This document shows, one piece after another, positions 44,001 to 53,000 of a stretch of DNA of 64,000 bases. The notes beneath the pieces are model-generated. The model was given only the letters and a program-made list of their open reading frames with translations. It made no database searches and was not told the DNA's origin. Source of the DNA: Phoronis australis (taxonomy: Eukaryota; Animalia; Phoronida); assembly GCA_002633005.1 (NCBI GenBank), contig NMRA01000276.1, forward strand, positions 13,414-77,413, written 5' to 3'. The first letter of the stretch is position 1, and every line of letters begins with the position of its first letter. The position numbers and the translations under genes are program-made.

Positions 44001-47000
44001 AGTTGGACTGAAGACACATTACATAAACCAGCCGGGTTAGTTGACTGCAGAAAGACTAGACTAGTGAACCAAAGAAATAATGTGCACGTGAATATTTTGG
44101 TTAATTTGCCGTGAACTTGCAAATCTACTTCCTTGTCGGGGCCGCAAAACCAGATTCGCCTTCCACTGAACTGCACAGGGAGAAGATGTACAATAACTTA
44201 CAGTGATTTGAATATCTAAAAGCGAATTAAAGCTTCACCACAGCTTGCCTCAGCAAACACTGAATTAGCATGCGCTCGCACAGCGGTTAGTTTTATTGCG
44301 TCTGAAACTGGTAATGCTGTATGATTTATACATTGTTGATTTCTTAAAACATTTGCACTCACGAACACTCCTACAGCATTACAAACTGCATCTACTGAGA
44401 CAGTCTTTGACACTTTGTTTCAGTTTGATATAAACATTGGTTAGGGTGAGAATAATTCATTTTGCCGGGAACAGAACAATGCCGGCCACAGACACAGAGA
44501 TACTTCACAGCCTCATACTTGGTATTAACAGAGCATGCTTTTCGTTCTTTACAGTCGGGAACCACTTTCAAAGAATTCCAGGTTCTCGGACGAAGAAATA
44601 TAAAAAACACGACATACCCACTTTTCTTGCAGCTTTGTGGTTCGCACAAGCGGGAACGATGTGCCACACCATAACAGCACGCACTCAGCTGAAGAACCAC
44701 CGACGTCACTGTGTCATGTACTCACCTTCCTCACAGATAACGCAACACCTTTCGACAAGGTGAAATCGGCTGTATATCAGGTGATGTGGATATAGACCGC
44801 TTAAGACGGCAACAAAACCTAATTAAATTGCATGGCATTCTCCATTAAATATTCTATGCACCACCTAGACCCATCCTTCCCACCAAAAGGCCCGTCCTTC
44901 CCATCAAAAGGCCCATCCTTCCCATCAAAAGGCCCATCCTTCCCATCAAAAGGCCCGTCCTTCCCATCAAAAGGCNNNNNNNNNNNNNNNNNNNNNNNNN
45001 NNNNNNNNNNNNNNNNNNNNNNNNNNNNNNNNAGTGTGCTGCCTATAACTACCACCCATTACAGGGCATAATACACTTGTTTAACTTCCTCTGACCAAAG
45101 TGTGCTGCCTATAACTACCACCCATTACAGGGCATAATACACTTGTTTAACTTCCTCTGACCAAAGTGTGCTGCCTATAACTACCACCCATTACAGGGCA
45201 TAATACACTTGTTTAACTTCCTCTGACCAAAGTGTGCTGCCTATAACTACCACCCATTACAGGGCATAATACACTTGTTTAACTTCCTCTGACCAAAGTG
45301 TGCTGCCTATAACTACCACCCATTACAGGGCATAATACACTTGTTTAACTTCCTCTGACCAAAGTGTGCTGCCTATAACTACCACCCATTACAGGGCATA
45401 ATACACTTGTTTAACTTCCTCTGACCAAAGTGTGCTGCCTATAACTACCACCCATTACAGGGCATAATACACTTGTTTAACTTCCTCTGACCAAAGTGTG
45501 CTGCCTATAACTACCACCCATTACAGGGCATAATACACTTGTTTAACTTCCTCTGACCAAAGTGTGCTGCCTATAACTACCACCCATTACAGGGCATAAT
45601 ACACTTGTTTAACTTCCTCTGACCAAAGTGTGCTGCCTATAACTACCACCCATTACAGGGCATAATACACTTGTTTAACTTCCTCTGACCAAAGTGTGCT
45701 GCCTATAACTACCACCCATTACAGGGCATAATACACTTGTTTAACTTCCTCTGACCAAAGTGTGCTGCCTATAACTACCACCCATTACAGGGCATAATAC
45801 ACTTGTTTAACTTCCTCTGACCAAAGTGTGCTGCCTATAACTACCACCCATTACAGGGCATAATACACTTGTTTAACTTCCTCTGACCAAAGTGTGCTGC
45901 CTATAACTACCACCCATTACAGGGCATAATACACTTGTTTAACTTCCTCTGACCAAAGTGTGCTGCCTATAACTACCACCCATTACAGGGCATAATACAC
46001 TTGTTTAACTTCCTCTGACCAAAGTGTGTAACTAGTAACTATCACCCAAGGCTATATTGAATCGATGAATTTCTTCTGACCAATTGGGAGGATTCATCTA
46101 GTGGATGTACCAAATGATCCACTTCACTCGTGTGAACACAGTAGAGTACAGATCTCTTCTGAGTTCACCCTTAAATGAAGAGTGTCAGTGAACTGAACAT
46201 TTTTCTTCTCCAGAACTCGCAGGCTTATAAGCTACTTCACAATGACACCATATTGAGAAAAAAAGACATATAAGATGGTGAAAGTTGAATGCTTACCCTG
46301 AAAGCAACAATAAAACCAGTTTTTCTTGCTGAAAAATTAATGTGATTTCCAGCGGTCTATCATCATTCAACCAGCCTTTAGTTTAGAAACATGACAGAAA
46401 CTGGTTTCAAACTCATGCAATCAGTTTAAGAATTGCTTAAAAATGATGGCTTACACATCAGCCTCTTGTTTTCTTTGTAGTTTCCTGGCAGCTTTTTCCA
46501 CTGGTAATAACTACAAAGAAAACACAACAACTTTATTCTACAGTCACCATGCAAAGAGAAAAATCAGATTCAAGTCCCAACCATTATTTCAAACACAAAC
46601 TATTGATATTTATAAATTTATGTTCACAGCAACAATGAGTAATGGTCCTGTAACTACAAATGAATGTGTGTGTGACATTTTAAATCATATTTTTCTCATC
46701 AAGAAAATATTTTTTTCAGGGATTGACAATACAGAATTTGTTAAACGCACCACACTTTTCATTGTTCACAGTCTTTATTCCGTTACGTTCATACTTTCGG
46801 AACAAAACTCTACTGTCAACTGAACATAGATACAGTAACTGACCTAGCGACATAATTAAAAAACACACAATATTTCAAACATACTTGTTTCATTCTCAAG
46901 TGAAGATAAAATGACGCAGTAATGCCACCACAGAGCATAAGCTGACAACACACACAGTGAGACACGGCGGGTGTGAAATACTGCAAAGAATGACTAATGA

Positions 47001-50000
47001 AGAGGGGGGGGGGGGTAACAGGAAAGTCATGCAAACAAGTGTAAAGTGCGGCGCGACCCTGTTTGCTGCACATTCAAAACAGGCCTCTCAAAAGCAATTA
47101 AAAGGGACTCTAATACTTTCAAACACAGCACACCTTGCTCCACGTAGCGAATTGACGTGTTTTCCACAATCTCTTGACGGGTGATTTTACATTCGTGACA
47201 TTGCAGAAAACGATCTTGGATGGCGCCTTTTTGAAGATGCATGGATAACCGACGGGAAAGACTGCAAACCGTTTGACCAATGTAACATTGTTTGACGTTT
47301 GAACGAAGACCGTTCATAGGGCATACAAACTCATAAACAACACTACACTGTGAAACGGGGCGGACTTTCGCTTTAGAAATGTTATTTTTAATGATCAAGT
47401 TGGAGGACTTCCTATTCCGATAATAAATAATAACATCGAGGTAATCATCAGGCTTACAAACTTTAACAGAATGAAACAAGTACGTTTCGAAATATCGTGT
47501 GTCTTTTAATTATGTCGCTAGGTCAGTTACTGTATCTATGTTCAGTTGAGAGTAGAGTTTTGTTCCGGAAGTACGAACGTAACGGAATAAAGACTGTGAA
47601 CAATGAAAAGTGTCGTGTGTTTAAAAATTCTGTATAACCGGATTGACAATAGACAGTCAAAACATTAATTGATGAAATATGAAGACATTATGTGAGTTAA
47701 AACAACTTCAACCTCCAATGCTCTGCAATCTTGCACAATGCTAAACAAACATGACAGTATAGTCAACAAATAATATTACCTTCTATGTATAGTGAGCATA
47801 ACACTAGAAGAACATATTACATAAGCTTCAATGCAAATATAACGTTAGAAAAATGTTACATAATACCTCTTCATCACTGTCTTGTACGTTGCTGTCGTCA
47901 TCAGAGTCCGCGTCATCGCTATTGTCACCAAAATTATCTGTTATGGGCTCTTCACTGTCATCATCTCCTTCATCCTCACCACTGCCATCAGTATCGCCAC
48001 CAACATTTTCTTCACTACTTCCACCAAGGAAGTCATCGGGCTGAAATGTTTAGCTTGACTTACAAACTGATTCATAGTGGGAAACTAAAGTCATGGTGAT
48101 AACTGCTACAAGTGTAATCCAAATCACTAACTTAGAACTAACAATAAATAACACTTGAAAGTGAACTATGTTAATAGGACTAACAAGGCATTCCATCCAC
48201 ACACTTGCACTAAAAGTTATCTCATTGCTGACCTCATTTCAAGGAATTACGTTTATTCTACAATTCCTTGTTAAACAAAACACAAAACCCCAAACAGGGA
48301 TGAAGCATAACCATTGCTTGAAAACTGCACATCACGTGGTTTAACAAAATGGCCGTGGACTGTTTAAAGCAAAAATGAGCCACTCCTCCAGTGTAGACGT
48401 GCCACAACTATTACGACTTGCAAGTTACTTGTGGTTCTGTTTGTAGTGTATTAATACATTATTTTGTCTGATTACGCTCATTTCTTTTACAGTTCCTACA
48501 CTATTGTTAGCACTATTTTTCGCTTGACAGCTTTGACAAAAGAGGCCATACAAACTATTAGAGATGAAAGTCAAGTGCTCGAATTATTAGACATCAAACT
48601 TTCTTCGGCACATCCAAAGTAACTGAAAATACTAGCCAATGAAATGTGTCAAATATTGATTATGAATTATCACATGTTCGTACAGCATGTTTACCAAGTC
48701 ATTGACGATTGTTCCATGTTAGTGTTCTTTTAAACTTGATTCGGCAACAACTACATAACAACCAAATTCACACGAGTTGCTTTATGACTGCCAAGTATCT
48801 GCCGAGAAGTGTAAAACATCAGTTCTACTCGTGCCACACGACTGTCACCTCTGCACCACGTGACAGCTTGCATGCACTCAGTTCCACACAGGTGCCATGT
48901 GACAATGAATAGTTGAGTTTCAAGGAGTGCTGCATGATCACTGATCATCTGCACACTACAGTCGAATCAACAAGTGCAGCTCATCGCATGACGGCACGAT
49001 ACTTTTACTCAGTTATTTTGTAAAGTTATTCAGAAAAGACTAATCTGAGGACAACAAAACCTTTGTTGGGAAAATGTGATGCTAATGAACACTTTTATCC
49101 CCATTTGGCGACACGCTGGGATATCTTATCGCAATGGCAATGAAGAAGGGGACTTTGAGCACTAATAATTCGCCCAGGTATACATATGTCAGCACATGAA
49201 ACGTGTTTATTCAGATAATCACTTCAATACAGTCATACATACCATGCCTTTGGCATCAGTACTCCACACCATGTCATTGGAAACAATATTTTATTGTGAT
49301 ATTCACTTTATTGTATAGAATGACTAGAAAGTCGGATATAACATGCCTGCATTTTAAGAAGCAGTTTTCTCCACTGGCATCAATCTGGTTGTCAAAATGA
49401 GGGAACATTATATTTGACTATTGCGGTTACCACTTACCATTTCTTCATCTTCACTATCATCGTCCTCTTCAGCATCATCCTCATCACTATGACCAGCCAG
49501 AGGGCGCTGCTGCTTCTTAGCAGGCCTCAGCCAATCATTGTTGTCATCAGTAAAGCCAACTGCTTCTGTCTGCTCACCTTCAGAACCTACACAGTGGACA
49601 CAAATCCAGACAGTGGAGAACTACAATAGTACTTGACTGAATGAACATGTTTGTTTCATAAGAATCTAACACGAGTCTCGAAGTTCTGTAGGATGTTATC
49701 CAACATGTCTGTGTATTAAAACAAACAACAAAGCCATAGCTTTTAAAGAGGCATGGAACGCGAAAGCTCATCAAAAATATCTCTTAAATGAATCCTGACA
49801 AAGTACTATCTAGCAACAGCAAGTACAGAGTAATTCCCATGTGTCAGAGGAAATTTCCAGAAAAAACACAAATTCACGATTTTTGAAATACACACGAAGG
49901 CAAAAGTGTGGTTACCACAGAGTTTCTAATCTTCCTCCCACTTATGATAAATGCACGTATCTGCTCAGTCAGTTGCTTAATGTCACTAGGGTCAAAGGTC

Positions 50001-53000
50001 ACTTTTCCATTTAAAGGAAATGTGCTACCTCTATGTATTGCCAAACACCCAAATCAGGAGACATGCTTTGCTTCGTGGGAGGAAAATCAACAAAGTGGCA
50101 AGCAGCTGATAGACTAAATTATGAAATTTGAAACTAAAAGAAAATGCTTTGATATCAACAGAAATTAAAAATCTTTACAAACAAGCCCAACAAATACCTA
50201 GTGGGCGGGTTGAATTCTGTTTCAGTGGCTGAGAACCACTTTCAATATTGTAATTAAGTCTGTTTATCTCCTACCAGGCCTCTTAAACTCAATAAAAGTA
50301 TATATTTTCAGAAAGTGGAAAGTCTGTAGAATTAGATTTTTGCCTTCTTAACGATAATGAATCGATTCATGTGACCGTAAATTTCCGTTAAAATTTAGCC
50401 AAAAAGAAAGGTACATTAATAGTAAAACAACTGTATGAATAACATGAACAAATCTTATTTCTTACATTAAATGATCAAGATGAAATCTCAAAACACTGTT
50501 AAAACCATTTTCTATATTATATATTTGTTTTCGTTTGACAAACTTTTGATATTTTTTGAAGAAAATCAAAAAGGTCCAATTTTTGAAAGGATTTTTCACA
50601 CAAAACAAAACCGAGCATTTTGAAAACCTATTGAAGAACAGTGCATATTATCTGAAAGTTTGACACGAGTCCCGATAAACCACTTCTAAGACCTGACGTT
50701 CCAAAATGAGCCAAATTTGGAACTTTTCTAGGGTATTACGTAATGTTAAGTATGAAAATTTGTCAACGACCAGTGCAAAAACAAAACTAAGAGGCAACTA
50801 CCCACAGACCCAGCTCCACACTGCAGTAGTTAATAGTAAACTCATTCACTACAAAAAAAGTAGTACAATTTACCACAATATAACGGTATTACGTGAAACA
50901 AACACAACAAACTGGCAGCATGAAAGTATAAGACCACATCTAAACCTGTACAAAAATCGCTATGAGTATTTCACACACCAGATTCTATTTCCTCGGATTC
51001 TTCACTGTCTCCATCACTCGCTAGTTGGACTTTCTTCTGTTTGACCTGCTGACTTTTCACCCGATGACCCGTAACAACCACACCAGTCTGTGCACGGCTC
51101 CTTTTAGCTAAGTACTCTTCTTTCTTAGCTTTCTTTTCCGCTATCTTGGTCAGTCTTTTCTTCAACCTATGGTAAAAACGAGAATTAATGAAGAAAATAA
51201 ATCCTCCTAATTGCATTACAAACAGGAGCGTTTACAAAATTCAACATTCAGTTGACAACAGTGATTTGGGAGTTGCAAGACAGGGGCTCTGCCACACTTG
51301 TAGTGAGCCCATCAATTCATACTGAACAAAACATAATTTTACACAGAATAAAAAGTACTCTTCCTTATTGTCTAGTATACATTGTGGAAAAACTATTTTA
51401 AAATCCTGTCAAGCAGACAAGCTTCCCTCACGATGTTGTTAGGTACTGCAAGATGTACCATTAACAAGCAGACAAGCTTCCCTCATGATGTTGTTAGGTA
51501 CTGCAAGATGTACCATTAACAAGCTGTTAGTGAAAGTTACCTTCCCTCATGATTGTTTCGCTCTATTAAACTTGCCTACAAAGACATGATTGCATAATCC
51601 CTATAAAACTTGCCTACAAAGACATGATTGCATAATCCCTATAAAACTTGTCTACAAAGACAAGATTGCATAATTCCTATAAAACTTGCCTTCAAAGACA
51701 TGATTGTTAAGCCCCATAAAACCACATTACAAGGGGTAGTGGTGTCTCAGATAATGTGTTTACGTTTTGGTTTCATGTTTGACTTCCAGCAATGATAAGC
51801 CGTCTGCAAGTGGAATGTGACTGTGCATTCCGTTATGTCAACTTTTGCATTTTGGTCATTTAATCACAGATTAGCTCGCGTTGACCACAATGGTGTGCTT
51901 TTTGTCAGAATCGACTCAAATTTGCCAAAGATATGCCTACATATCAATATTAAACCAAAGTACACATTCCCGCAGATATCATATTAACACGAACAAAGTA
52001 AAATATACAGGTGTTTATTGTTTCCTTTGCTTGCAGAAATTATTTTATGTGCGTAAGTGCTATTAGTGTCATATACACTTTTTTAAAATACTAACATCAT
52101 CGATTCTATTTTCATGAAATATTCAACATTTATAAAATTTGAAAGTATATTCTTTTGAAAATACCAAAGTCTATTTGTAACAGCTGACATAACATTCAAG
52201 GTCTTTTTTTATAGCATTTGGATTTGGGATTTACATGATTTTTAAAATTATTGTCATAACAAAACTTTGCAGACTAGCCATCTGATTTAAACAAAAGCTT
52301 TGAGCATGAGCATTCCAAATTTTATGAATAAAGAAGCAAAGGGTCCTTCAATACCAAGAACTTTTGTTGCGGAACCCCTGGTAGTAGAAAAAATAAATTT
52401 ATGGCATCAAATTACTCTACATGAAGAAACAAAGCTACCAGTATGTGTATGGCACAGTTCACACTCTCGGCACATTTAAAATAGTTCCAAAGAACAGTAC
52501 TGATTGTGGCCTGGCATACAGATGGTGTCGTCACCCAGGGTCTTGTTACCAGTTGTGTAAACAAACTGGGAACCAGGATTTTAATTGACCTACCCTTCTG
52601 AAATGAGTTCACAGTCTGAGCGTAATCAAGCTTAGAATTTTCTAAAATATTATCCGACGGTCCCCATTTCCAGAGCTTCAACAGCAAGCATTATAATTTG
52701 GTGCTGCACATCTTTCAAGGAAAAACAACAAAATTCAATTCCACCAGTCCGTCATATTGCACCCAAATTAGTAAAATTTTACTGTACATAAAAAACAAGA
52801 AACAAATTGAGAAGCCAGTATGTTGAGGATATTCCTTTCACACAAACCTTTTCTTTTGATTACTGCTCAGCTTCTTGGACACCTCACCTAAAACAAAATG
52901 AGACAAACTGAAAAGCTTTGTCACATACGTCAACTACACCACGTCTCTAAGTTAGGATGATCAAACGAATACTACGCAATACTAAACACTGCTTTAAGCT

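Noticed and set aside
44819-45071. PFDGKDG / KGPSFPS repeat peptides resembling collagen-like proteins
   Set aside because: Translation of a 21-bp tandem repeat plus N gap; no splice or homology support.
45033-46028. CRISPR-like regular array (also 24637-24845, 31451-31625, 14587-14703)
   Set aside because: Units are head-to-tail with no unique spacers, there are no cas genes, and the context is a eukaryotic intron.
46180-46250. Possible intronic C/D snoRNA on the minus strand (GTGTCA...CTGACAC stem)
   Set aside because: Box C would be GTGAAGT rather than RTGATGA, and I recognised no rRNA-complementary guide; a snoscan/Infernal run would be needed.
46291-46304. TTTCAG-G-GTAAGC on the minus strand as a 1-nt microexon or recursive splice site
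   Set aside because: Not an exact AG|GT junction, would shift the NOP2 frame on its own, and is plausible by chance.
47027-47479. GIY-YIG ORF as a host nuclease or homing endonuclease gene
   Set aside because: It is 5'-truncated, bounded by pLTRs and a TSD, and the first codons come from the inverted pLTR; it is a Penelope fragment.
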